Positions 25,701-37,800 of a stretch of 64,000 nucleotides of DNA are shown here, in pieces. The translations under genes and the position numbers were made by a program. The DNA is taken from positions 4,216,305-4,280,304 of the forward strand of contig CM082577.2 in the NCBI GenBank assembly GCA_040954595.2, in the 5' to 3' direction. The DNA comes from Balanoglossus misakiensis (lineage: Eukaryota; Animalia; Hemichordata). The notes under the pieces are model-generated. The model ran no database searches, was not told the origin of the DNA, and worked only from the letters and a program-made list of their open reading frames with translations. Position 1 is the first letter of the stretch. Each line of letters starts with the position of its first letter.

Positions 25701-28700
25701 TGATTACCCAATGTGCAAAGATTCATTAAATTAACCTCCCCATTAAAAAAAAAACCAACAGCCAACTACTTACTGTATTCAGAGCTGAGTGGAAGCCAAA
25801 CTTCTCCAATGCTAGTGTTAACGTTCCAAGCTTCAAATCTGTCGGTGTTGTGGCATCCATTTTGGTTTCATGGTCTTTTCTTAAATTTAACGCCACAGCT
25901 GGCCCAGAAAGACACCAGAAACTACAACTGGATGGTTCTTCAATGCAAAAAAAAAAATGAAAAAGATTATGATCAATTCGAGGAATAATTCTTGAATTTG
26001 AAGAGTAAATGGGAAATTCACAGATTCAAAGTAAGGACTTCCAGGGTTTTCCCCAGTAGTTTTACAACGATTATTTGAGGTCATAAATAACATTTCCTGC
26101 AGGGAGAGGATGCAGATCATAGCTGACCTTTCTGCTGGACATGGCTGACAGTCGGCCATGGTGCAGGGTCCAGTTTCTTGGCCGACACTTTCTTAACGCT
26201 CTCGGCGGCCATCTTGTTGAGCAGCCTGTCTCTCCTTGCAATGAAGCCATCGTCATCTTGAGAGCTCTCCCTACTGCTCTCATCGATGATACTGATTTGT
26301 GGTGGTAGTATGGGCTTTGCTGCCGTGGTGCTGGCCTTAACCGATTCAGCTGTTGTCTTCTTACCAAAGTTGGTGAATATGGAGGCAAGCTTCACAGGAC
26401 CTGTGGAATAATTGCATTTTGGTTAACTAGCCAAGGATGGTAAACTATTAAAATATAACCGAGGGTCTTCTGTCATTTTGTAATAGCAAAAAGTGGGCAA
26501 GTCATTTTACCTCGTATTATTTTCCAAATACAAAACGAATGAAATAATACTTTACTGAAGTTAAATTTAATCCTAAAAATTGTGCAATCAAAATGGTCAG
26601 AAAGAAAGCCAAGAATGTACCTTTTGGGGTATCTTCTTTGTCACTGGCTGTTTTACATTTGCTAGCATTACTTGACCACGCTGCTTGATGTCGACCACTC
26701 AGATTTTGTTTTACTGGTTTCTTTCCCAGCACAGCATTGATACTCTGTGCTCCTTTCTTCTGTGCAGGTCTTGCATTCTCAGGCGAGTCACCAATCTCAA
26801 TGACCTCTGTCACCGCTTGCTGCTGCTTTTTCGATCTACGGGGAGTGTTCCTTGAAAGTCTTTTGCGACTGGATGGCGTTGGTGCCCTCTTCGCTTTTGT
26901 CCGGATTATTTTCAGCTGGGATCCCTTACGTTGTGTCTTTGCACTGGTTTTCTTCAGCTGGCTGGTTCTTGCCTTCTGCAGCAGTTCTTGCGCTTTTGAG
27001 GCCTTCACATTGTTCTGTTTGCAAATAAAAAATCACATCAGACTAGAGAAACACACCAAAGGCAAGCTCCATGCCATGCATTTATTAAACCTCATAAGTT
27101 TCAAAGTGTTTTTCCTTGATTTTTGGAACCGGCTTAGAGCACAAGTTTTTTAATGGACAAATTTACAACACGGATTCTTATAGGACTTTTCAAGGACTAA
27201 GTCATCTAAACTGAACATTGCAAGACCTGCTAGGACTGTTTAGAATAACTAGAATGAAAATTTAATAAAAAAGACTTTTTAATAGAACAGGTTTAGGATT
27301 CGAAAAGTGTTATCACTGTTCTACATTCTAATCCCAGACATTGTTAGGAAGGGAATTGCCGTCAAGCAAAGTGACTCATGTGCAGCCTTACCTTTACAGC
27401 TTTAGTGGCCAGTCTTCTGCTTTTACTCTCACTCTCCGGGGATTCATCAGATAAGCTTTTGTTGAGTCTGGTTAGTCGTAGTCTGATTGGACTGTTTTTG
27501 CCAGGACCCGTGTCTACCACTGTAGACTTGTAAAGCTTCTTTTTCGCTTGACGCTTCAATCTGGCGTTAACTGTTTGGGGTGTTTGGCATTTCTCAAAAT
27601 CAGAGTCCGACTCAATACTCCCAGAAGCCTTCTTTCGCTTTTTTGTTTTGTTGAATATCTTCTGCAGGGCCATTTTCTTCCTCGGTGTGTTGCCGCGAGC
27701 CGAGGCCTTTCGCTTCCTCGAACTTCCAACATCCTGGACAGATTCCACTTCACTCTCAGATGTCGTTCGTTTTCTTCTCCTTCCTCTTCTGGGAGTTTCC
27801 TGCTTTTCATCTTCTGACTGTTGACTTCCTCCAGTTAATTTGTCAATTGTTCTAGCTGCAGCCTTTCTCGTTGACCTTCTCTGTGGGGTTTCCAGGTCGT
27901 CTGTTTCTGTGGGTCGTGTATTTCTCTCTCTGCTCTCACCTTCATTCTTTCCAGAAGTTGCCTCATTGTCTCCCTCATTTTTCCCTTCAATGCCAGACGT
28001 ACCAATTTTTCTCCCCCGAGATTTCCTCTCCTTGCTTTCGCTGCTCTGCTGGTTAGATTCCTCTTTACTTTTATCGCAGCTCTGCTTGGTACTACTTGTA
28101 GGTTTGTGCTTTGTGAAGAAACTGTGGTATTTCTGTGGGCCCTGAGAATTCACACCTTTTTTATCGCTGCCTCTTCCACCTTCTTCAGTGACTGTCAAAT
28201 CAACTTCAGTCAAATCAACCACAACGTTTGACTTCCTTCGCCAGTGCCTACCCTCTGGAGAAGAATTAGTCGATCCAGACTTGCTTGTTCTGTCACTAGG
28301 TGCAGGCGAGGGTGGCCCGTGTATCATAACTTCAGTTGTGATGGTCTTTCCACAGGGAATAGGTTCCACTTTCGGATTACTATCTTCTTTCTCATCCCGT
28401 GGTTTGTCCTCACTGCATTCAGTATCAGGTGATTTTTTGACCTGCTCAATTCTCTCCTGAGCTTCACTCTTGTCGTCGGTCACACCTTCAGCATTTTCTG
28501 TCACCGATGTTTCAAGTTCAAGAAACTGTTCATAACTAATCACTTCCAGATCTTCTACACACTCCTCGGCTGCAGCTTCAGTGTCCACTTTAGCTCCATC
28601 CTCGTCCACCCCTACAGACGATTCTATTTCCGTCTTTAAGTTCACTCCAGCCAGATTCTCTTCTTCAGGAAGGGCAGGTTTTACAGAATCAGCTATTACG

Positions 28701-29565
28701 GAAGTTTCTGATGCTTGTACCGGTTTCTGTTTCTCGGTCTCTTTAGACCTGACCTTATTAGTATCTCCAACCTCTGCGTTCACCTTGGGTTTCCCTCTCT
28801 TCCTTTTCAACTTTTTTGACGCCGGTGTAACGTCTTCAAAGTCGTCTGCCAAAGATTCCTGACTCTGGTCAATTTTTCTCTTCTTCTGGTACGCAGGAGT
28901 CAGTACATTGCTGCTCTTGGCCGACAAAGCTGTCACAGCGGGGTCACCTTCACATCCGACTGGAGACTTTCTGTGTTGGAAACTCCGCGGCTGTTCAAAG
29001 TCACTTTCACTCTCACAAATCGGCTCAATTATTTTCACCTCTTTACTCCCGCTGTATTCTAATGTACGTTTGGGCGGTCTGGTCTTCGGGGTGACTCTCT
29101 GTTTGGCAAAAGCCTTGATGTCTTCCTTGTCAGACTTCTGAAATTCATCTGTTTTCACAGATGGAGAAGCACTGTTATTTACCACCCCGACTGTTCCCTG
29201 AGGCATTTGCTGGATCTTGGCACCTTCGCTGGCAGGACTTTTCTCCAATTTCTTGAAATACCCAAAGAGGTCCTTTGGCCTCAGTTCTTGTTTCTGTGCT
29301 GGTGGCTTGAAGAAGTTTGTAATGGGAACAGTTTTCTGACATGTTTTGGCAAAAGGAGATTTCTGTGGAGTCTTCTTAGTCTGAAATTAAATAAAGCAAA
29401 TACATGTATATTCAGGGGGTGAGATAGTTGTAATGATTGTAGCGGGTGCTGCTAGGTGACTGATACAGTCTCAACAATTTATTCTCTGGCATCATTGCAA
29501 CTGTTCTTATAGTTTACCTGTAGATGGTCCACAGCCTCCTTGTTGACTGCCATTACACCAATCAT
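19732..29565 (-). CDS. ATAD5: ATPase family AAA domain-containing protein 5 (ELG1; PCNA unloader large subunit), 17 coding exons, 1894 aa
   Basis: Exons: 29518-29565 (MIGVMAV..., like vertebrate MVGVLAM), 27392-29380, 26621-27014, 26128-26400, 25774-25937, 25463-25616, 24771-25031, 24434-24634, 24093-24262, 23699-23960, 22535-22623, 22309-22402, 21994-22061, 21213-21881, 20427-21016, 20045-20203, 19732-19831. Total 5685 nt, in frame. Motifs: LWTDKYQP, Walker A GPTGVGKT, ACAQELGFKVFEVNASSKRSG, LKEATQSHQV, LILFEEVD, TKRPIVMT, CDFRRCLHSLQFW, C-terminal YLPAMRTICKAE...RRFLHYL. Confidence 0.93.
22799..23683. mobile_element. 885-bp non-autonomous DNA transposon (hAT5-like) in an ATAD5 intron
   Basis: TIRs CAGGGTTCATACAC / CAGGGTTCGTACGC (12 of 14 match), 5-bp target-site duplication GGGTT (22794-22798 and 23684-23688), and subterminal arrays of TTTCCAGGAG at both ends. 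No transposase ORF. Confidence 0.85.
25214..25368. mobile_element. Palindromic MITE, copy 2 (ATAD5 intron)
   Basis: Same ATGAATTTGAACTCAAAG(T/C)GAGGCCAATGGGGAA arms as 10325-10488, with the core in the opposite orientation. Confidence 0.78.
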
Positions 29566-29879
29566 TTGTCCAGTTTTTATCAATAGAACCATATGTTAAA
29601 CATGAATCTGCAATACATAAGAAAATCAAAATGTTCTTAATAGATCCACTGCACAGACACTGCACCAGTGTGCGAGAACAAACAGAAAATGTAAACAACA
29701 CAAAATACGAAGGGAAAAAATAAATTTGAACGGTTTATTGTAAAAAGTTAGTAAAGAATTGCACATTTAGCGCTAAATACCTTTTTGACAGTGGATCGTT
29801 TACTTTTCTTTACGCGATGCATTCCATGTACGTCCGAAGAAAACAATGTTTGTCGCTCAACCAAATTTGTAGGAAAAGG

Positions 29880-30360
29880 CGCCAATGGTGGATAACCTTT
29901 GACCTACAAGTGCTGACCAATCCAGTGAGAGAAAAATGACATTTTGTAGAGTAAAGAAATCAAATTCGCAGCAAACCAACAAAGACATCCATTGACCCCT
30001 GACCCGCTTCAGTCAAGAGGGAAAATCTGAAAGGCCTGATCCCAACAGAGAAGTTTTCTCTAAAAATCATATAACAGGCAAGTTCCCACGCATCAATCGG
30101 ATGTTGTCTTAAAGTTAATAATCTTAACTTTGACTGTGTAGGATATTGTCCAGTATTTCTCGGTCGCAAAACAACGCAAAATAAAAAATTTGGCGCGTTT
30201 ATCACACGATTGTTGCCAATATTAAATTGTTACATTCAGACTCGGTTGCCCTGTGTTTTGGCGTGCGGTGAACCCCCATTTGATTTTTACTCAGTGATTT
30301 GAGTTATAAGAAGGACTACAAACCAGGACTAAGAACCCACATCTTTTAATAGTAAGTGTC
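29880..30360. promoter_or_regulatory. Divergent promoter region ATAD5 / RING E3 with E2F-type site and CCAAT boxes
   Basis: Head-to-head genes. TTTGGCGCG at 30189-30197 matches the E2F consensus TTTSSCGC. CCAAT at about 29882, 29917 and 30215. Confidence 0.5.
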
Positions 30361-30995
30361 ATTCCTAGCCTTCAACTGTATTGAAATGTCAACAAGTGTA
30401 AGTTACTTGTAAAACTGGCTTAGACCTTCATTTGTTGGTAGGAAGGCGTGGATCCCAGACTATTGCATTACATGATGTACATCACAACTCTCCATTCATA
30501 ATAAGTTTGGCGCCACTGACCTTAGTATAACATGTGCTTTGTAACACGCATACTTTCTAAAAACATTTGAGTGAATTTGTGTCAGCCCTATATTTGAACA
30601 TTGTGTAATGTGGAAAAAGTTTGTTTCATAAATTAACCAGTGGGTTGCTTGTCAGTTGAACGTCATTTATTCATACTTCATGGTTTCACATTATCAGACA
30701 ATAGTAATTCAGACCATAATTTTGACAACTGGCATATATGAAAACGAACCTAATGTGGTTGCACAGAGAAGCAGTGATGTAGAATTTGAATTGTCCGGGT
30801 GGTGCAGTAAAAAGTACCCGGTAATTACATAAAACGTGTTTCATCAGGAAACTTGACATATGATAATTAAACAACAGTACAACAAATAGCAACTAAGGTG
30901 AGAGTGGATTATTGAATGACTCCTAACAAGTATTTTTTATTAATGTTCAGGTTTATTCTATGCTATGGAAGTTCGAGTGTTCACATGATCACACC

Positions 30996-32625
30996 ATGTC
31001 TAGGTACGACACGGAAAAGTTCCTCGTCCCACCGGACGTGGAACTGGTCTGCTGCATTTGCCAGGGGGTTCTGGACACGCCGGTGGAAACGCCCTGTCGC
31101 CACGTCTTCTGCAGGAGTTGCATCACCACCTGGCTGAGCAGCAACAGCACCTGTCCTACTTGCCGGCGGCGGTTCACGGGCCGCACCCAACTGCAGCCGG
31201 TTCTGCCGATCGTCATGAACATGATCAACAAAATGCTGATGAAGTGTGACTACCGCGAGTACGGCTGCATGAAGGCCGTGCAGCTGGAGCACCATGCCCA
31301 CCACGTGAGACTAGACTGTGAGTTTGAACCGGTCCAGTGCGCGCACAAAGGCTGCAAAGAGACGGTGCTGAAGCGGGACAGAGACGAACATGAGCAGAAG
31401 TGTCTGTTTGCTCCCTTTACTTGTCAGAAGGGCTGCGGTTTTGTCATCACCAAACAGGAGGCTGAAATACACAATTGCATTAAAGCTCTTAAAGATAAAA
31501 TTAATGGTTGGTACCTTCTTGAATTCTAAAATGTCTCGGATTCTAAATCAACCCCTTCCCTCCTGGGTATGGTACAGTGCCAAGTCATTTAAACTAAAAT
31601 ACGTATGGCCACTGGACATATTTTGACCGAATTGCATGTCTTTTGTTTTTTCTTTTCCATATTTATCAGAGTTAAAAGAAGAAAACGACAGTTTGAAGGC
31701 AGTCGTGGGCATGATCGACAAGAAAAAACTGCAAGAGGTAATGAATTCTGCTGAAAATGAATCTGCTGCTTCGAATTGCCCCTATTGTAACGACAATTCT
31801 GCTGATAATGTACGAGACGACAATGCGGTAGAGGCTGCGCAGGCGTCGAACAGCGGCAGTGCGTACGAGGTGTCGGACTCCGAGAGCGAGGACCGCAGGA
31901 GCATTATTGTTAATGTTGAAGACGATCAGGAAGACGTTGGTGCCCGTGGTGGTCACGCAAACGACAGCAACAACGCAAACAATCGCGCTGAAGCGGCCAC
32001 TTCATGGGATGAGGCTTCGGATTCTCATGACAACGACTCCAACTCGGCATCGGAGAGTGATCAGTCAGAAATGCTCGTCTTCCTTTCCAGCGATGAAGAA
32101 CAAGACGCCCTGGAGGAGAACGTTGCAGCGGGGGATGGTGGCAACGCGGGTGCGCCGGGCAGCGGCGGCGATGTTGACAATCGGGGGCCAAATGCGGACG
32201 GGGAGTATAACTCGGAATCCGACGCATCATGGGAGGTCGGATCTCGGGACCGGTCGACCGACGTGACCATCAGTGGGGAGTTGTCAGAAGACGAGCGGTT
32301 GGAGGAGGGAGAGGTTCCCATTGTGCGATACACGGACGTATTGAATGCCTACCGGTCGAGCGAGACGGACAACAGCTGGACGCCGGGGCAGGAGACACCG
32401 AGTGAAGATGAGGAGAGGTCTCGCAGACGTCGTCGACCCCGCAGTGACTCGGAAAACAGCGAATCACATCGGCGCAGAAAGCGGCGGAGACGCCGTGTGT
32501 CTTCGTCGAGCAGCGGGACTAACAACTCAAGCGATAGCACCAGCAGTGAGAGTTGTGCTGATAGTGACAGTGTCAGTGAGACGGGAAGTGATTCTGATAG
32601 TAGCAGCGATTCGTCAGACTACTGA
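30996..32625 (+). CDS. RNF151/RNF41-like RING (C3HC4) + TRAF/SIAH-type zinc-finger E3 ubiquitin ligase with acidic/Ser-rich tail (about 488 aa)
   Basis: Exons 30996-31506 (MSRYDTEKF..., RING CCICQGVL...PCRHVFCRSCITTWL...CPTCR, zinc fingers CDYREYGC...H...CEFEPVQCAHKGC...HEQKC...CQKGC...HNCI) and 31670-32625 (short coiled coil, then D/E/S-rich region with RRRKRRRRR). Phase-1 GT-AG intron. An upstream acceptor at 30950 implies a 5' UTR exon. An in-frame ATG at 30960 is an alternative start. Confidence 0.82.
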
Positions 32626-34870
32626 GCCGCTTGTACCACTGACATTTTGTAAATTACTGAACTACTGATGTCATGCTATTTGAAACAGTGCAGATCATCA
32701 CTTATGCTGTATGAGATGCCCCTACTGCAAAGAAGACAATGCCACAGATCTAGTCATTAGCGCTATTCATGTTTGAAGCAGCACCATGATCTGAAATGAT
32801 ATCAACATATGTTAAGAGAAGTCAAAATGACGCCTCATCATGACATAGAGGGCGCACTTCATTGTGGAACCATACTTTTATGTGAAGGAGCGAAGAGCTT
32901 ATTTGTCTTGTTCAGTTAATTTTTTATAACAAAAAACAGTGAAGGTATGGTGGTGAAAGGTTGTACCAGTTTACTTGTTTGCTAAATCAGAAGAGCTTTC
33001 CCATAAAAAAAAATTGTATAATATCGTCCTAGATTTTGAAGTTGAACATGTTTAACTGCAATGTTTTGTTAACATATTCGATCACATTGATAATGTGTGC
33101 TTTTGTTTGTGTGTGATATAATTATTAATCCAGCATTGAGTATACAAGAGTATTTGATGAATTACGTCCATTTTAAATCTCCGAATTCAGTGAATACACG
33201 GTGTATCATGTCAACTCACAATTTACTTTCTAACTCAGTGTAGTTGCATAATGCTTATGCTATTAAATTTATTCAGCAAAATGACTGTTTGTTCAAAGGC
33301 TGTCTCCTTTAGTGTACTCTCTGATTTGAGCGAGAATTCTCAGTCAACCTTTTGACAGTCAATAAAGGGTATTTGTAAAATTGCCCATGAGAATATTTTT
33401 GTGCATATACTCTCATGAAAGCTTTAATTTGTGTTAAACTGTTCATATTATAGCTTCATACACTTCCTCAAATAATGACTGACTATACATTCATGCATGT
33501 AAGTTTATGTATATAGTTTAAATAGAAATCGGTTTATTGTCAAGCCTGTCTTTGTTTGTGGCTGTGTCTGTGTTTTGATGCTGGAGTGTGATGGACCTCG
33601 TACGTGGACAATGTCATGGAATGTGCAAATACTGAAGATTCCTGAAGAGTAGCTTTTGGGATTCAAAGAAGCGACTCTTGCAGATCTCCAAATAGCCAAA
33701 ATATTACAGCTGAAGTGACTGACTCCCGCAACAGGAGAGTATCTTCCACTTATTAGAGTCATACAAGAAAACACAACAATACTGTGGAAATTTCCAATAT
33801 ATTTCTTGTATATTTATTGATAATACATATACATGTACACTGATTTATTTTCACAATATTTCCCATCACAACTCAATGCATGTCTGGCATGGCGAAATTC
33901 TGCTGCCACAGAAAATACATTTTTGTACCATAATTGTCATAATAACTTTTCCGACTGATTTTGGCACAAAGTCACGGCACACTGCAAACCCTTCTCTGTT
34001 AATGTCATTGCAACTTTGGAGGAAAAACTTTCACACTGAATTTTTCAGAGAAAATATTTGCCTTTATCACAGTTACAAATCAGGGTTAAAATCTCCACAA
34101 AGCCATGCGCAGCACATTTGCAAGTCTGGAAAATTAAAAGCATCACGAGTTGAAACTTGCATGGGAATTTTGAACAGAGTCCTCTAGTGCCCTAACCTGC
34201 ACAGGCTGACTGATTCTTTGAAATAACATACGGTAATTTAAACCAGATCATAAAGGAAAAGGTTAACACTTAGCTGAAATGGTACAATACATAATTCTTT
34301 CACTCAATGTAAATGCTTTACAACGTTGAATTCAACAAAAGCTATAAAATATAACATTATTTGCACATTTTATCACAAGGAAAGCCGAATTTTCGCTTTC
34401 CATACAAAAGTTTTCCAAGTCAATTAAATTTTAGCTTTTAATAACAGCGAAATGGATATTCACAATGATATCAAAAGGATGCACATTTTCATTTTTCTAA
34501 ATGGTCATGGGTTTAGGATCTTGTTGGTTACTATGGATACATTAGAATATACACAATGATTTAGTGGTTAACTGCAAGCACATACTAATTGTCATGCAAT
34601 TCAAAATTTGTGATAGAACTGCTTTATAAAAAGGTGTGTTAATACTCCACATTGTAAGCTGTGTATAAATTTGCAAGCAATGTGACTGAATACATACAAA
34701 TGGGGGGGGGGGGGCTGTGCAGACAACACTGCCAGTCAGTTTTTACAAACTTGTTTATCAAGCTGTACGTGCACTGATTATGCTGATTATATGCAAGATT
34801 TTTTTTTTTGGGGGGGGGGATTAAAGTTATTCGGTGGAAGAGGCTTTTTCAGTAATCAATTTTTGAAATT

Positions 34871-37800
34871 CTATGGCGCCTTGTCTGGGCGATCTTCAAG
34901 CTTGACGTGGCTGGGCGTGGACAGAAGCATACGCATACTGGAGCTGCTGCTGTAACTGCCGCTGCTTTCACGGGTGCTGCCATCACTACTCATTGGTGTG
35001 CCGGGCAAATCAACATCTAGCGTCATGTGTGGAGGGTTGTCCATCAGGGAGGAGTTTTCATCTTGGGGTTTCTCGTCGAAAATGATACCAGCGCCGGGAT
35101 TGGTGGAGACCGAGTCGGTGTCGTCGCACCCATCTACGGGGACAAACGGAATAAAAAAAAAGAAAGACAAAACTGTTATGGCTGGCGTAATTCAAAGCAA
35201 AATTTTGAACATTAAAATCTATGGGTTAATATACTCATGGGCAGCATATTTCACAGCTCTGTCAAGAAATATTCACTATTGACGACTTTCGGTAACAGTT
35301 CTTTTGGCAGAGGCTGGGGGGACTGCATATATAACATATAGAAGAAATGGGGGAAAAAACAAATAACAACTAAAATATACAAGCACACCACATACAACTA
35401 TGGTAATCTTTTTATCATGACAACATGGAAGAGACATCTATTCTAGACTGCAAGAATATTTACATTGTGCATATTGTGGCATCATCACCTTGTTTACCCA
35501 CGCAGTTAAATATGTCCTATATATCCACCTTTCTACTTTGATATCGTTCAATTTATGAAACACACAATGCCCTCTTTGCCAGATACGTCTGAAATGCAAC
35601 TAACGGCATGGAAATCCACCATAGAAGCATAAAGTACGGCCATGTGCAATTTCAGCTTTGATTTGAATAGACACATGACTATGAATATTTTTCTGTAAAG
35701 ATATATGCAAATATTTGTAAACACTTCAGAATTTGATTTCCATTTTTTCTTGGTATTGACAAATCTCCATCACTTCTATTGGGTCAGGCCAAGAGGGCAG
35801 GCGCTTCATTCAAAAATTGAACATAGACTATTTCAGTGTTTGATAACAATGAAATACACCTACTGCAATGCTAAGAAATGGGGCTGCAAGGATTTGAAGG
35901 CAATGCTAAGATACAGTGTTGCATAGTGCATGATCCTACTACTTTCCAGACAATGGCATATTTGACACATAACACGATGTACATTTGCATGTTGTCTATG
36001 CACTGGAACAAGGTACTAGTATTAGTGAATCAATTAACACCAATGCTGGCAATTTTAAGAAAGCAGGCACATAAGAGATTTTATATTTTAGGTAATATGC
36101 ACTTCCTTTCGTAAATAATGTCAACAGTTCTTGTATTGTATACAGTGTGTGTGGGTTTTCATTCAAGGTGCTGACTATTAACCAATTATCGCGCTTATTA
36201 TAAAAAAATTATATTTTCTTGTTGTGCCCAAATTCCCAATCTACTGAAGGTAAAACCACTGGCCATGCTGCAGTATGTGTCGAGCTTGATAATATAATTG
36301 CACTCAAAGATCACTTGACCAATGTGTAGGAGAAAACACCAAAATTTACCAAGCTAACCTTACAGAAGCTTCCCTAAATATGACTGACTGTGAAATATCA
36401 ACAATAGGTGTTAAAAAATCAGTCAAATAAAATGTTATACCCGAAACCCTAGATTTAACACATATTCTGAATGAGGACAAAAGTGCGTCTAATCTATTGA
36501 TTGCAGTGAACTATTTCACGATAGTTCCTCTTATGTTTACATGACAAGCTTCTCTTTTTTTTTGATGTGCATTAGCCAATACTGAGCTTTATCACATGTA
36601 TTGTGCAAATTGTCTTCTTTATTTTAGAGAGACGTTTATCAGGAAGTTCTGGTGGTAAATACGTCTGGAAGTAGCAGGAATAGTAATGAAACCATAAAGG
36701 TAGACTCGGAATAATGTCACTGAATGCCATGTGTCATGTTGTGTGTGCGTACGTGTCTGTGTGTGACTGCCCCTTCCTCCTCCATTGCCCTTGTTACTAA
36801 TGGTATGGCCCAACAGACACCAAACAGCTGGACAATCCATTGAACAAGCTAATGGGGGAGGAAGCTATTAACAATTTGGTGTCGACGTGGTCCCTGTTCT
36901 TTGTGAGTACATGATATGATGTGAGATTAATGTGAGAGATTAAGTTATGAGAAGCAAGAAGAAGAGACAGTTTTGACTGTTTATAATAAAAAAAAATAAT
37001 ATACCCGACTGAGACAAGTACTTACTGAAAACAAAATGTTAGTGAAAAGGGGGGAAAATGAGTAATGAAGAAATGCGGTGGCAATACAAAGACGAGACAC
37101 ATGAGGATTTCTAAAAAAAGGGATATTAAAAATGACATGTCTTTCCACAAACATACCATGCTATGTGAAGTTCCAAGTCAGGCAAGCTAGCGTAATAGGA
37201 ATCCGTTTCGTTGGCTGCATATACAAAAAGAATTACAAAGGTTTGCGTCTGTGTCTCTTTTTTGTCTTGCTGATATAAATCACTAACATTCCCAGCTTCA
37301 AAGTTACTATGGCAACATGCAATTACCAACACGTAGAGAGAGAAACATCACCTTCCCCGCTGCTAAATGGCTAATAAAAAATATAACGATCATGAAAAAT
37401 AGCAGACCTAGAGGCAATTGTAACTCCAATATTTATTACATGGTTAGCCCACTTACAGCACTCTATGGTTTATTCACCACGACTAATCTAAAAGGCTTTT
37501 TACCGTTTCGGAGTTTCACTTATTTAATATTATGACATCCCTGGTAAGCGTGCAATGTTATCAGTTACTATTAATCAGTTACTTATCTCTACGGATCCAA
37601 TCTGATATACGATGTAAATGACCTTTGAGCCGTACATCTGAATCATACAATTCAATGATAAAATACACAATTTGGAAAAACAACCTGGATTATTTCATTT
37701 TTTTTTTTTCAATTCAAATCTGTCAAACCAACCTGACCATATTTACATTATCATTCCTACATTTAACTGGCTGTGAAGGTTCTGAATCTCTCCTAAGTTA

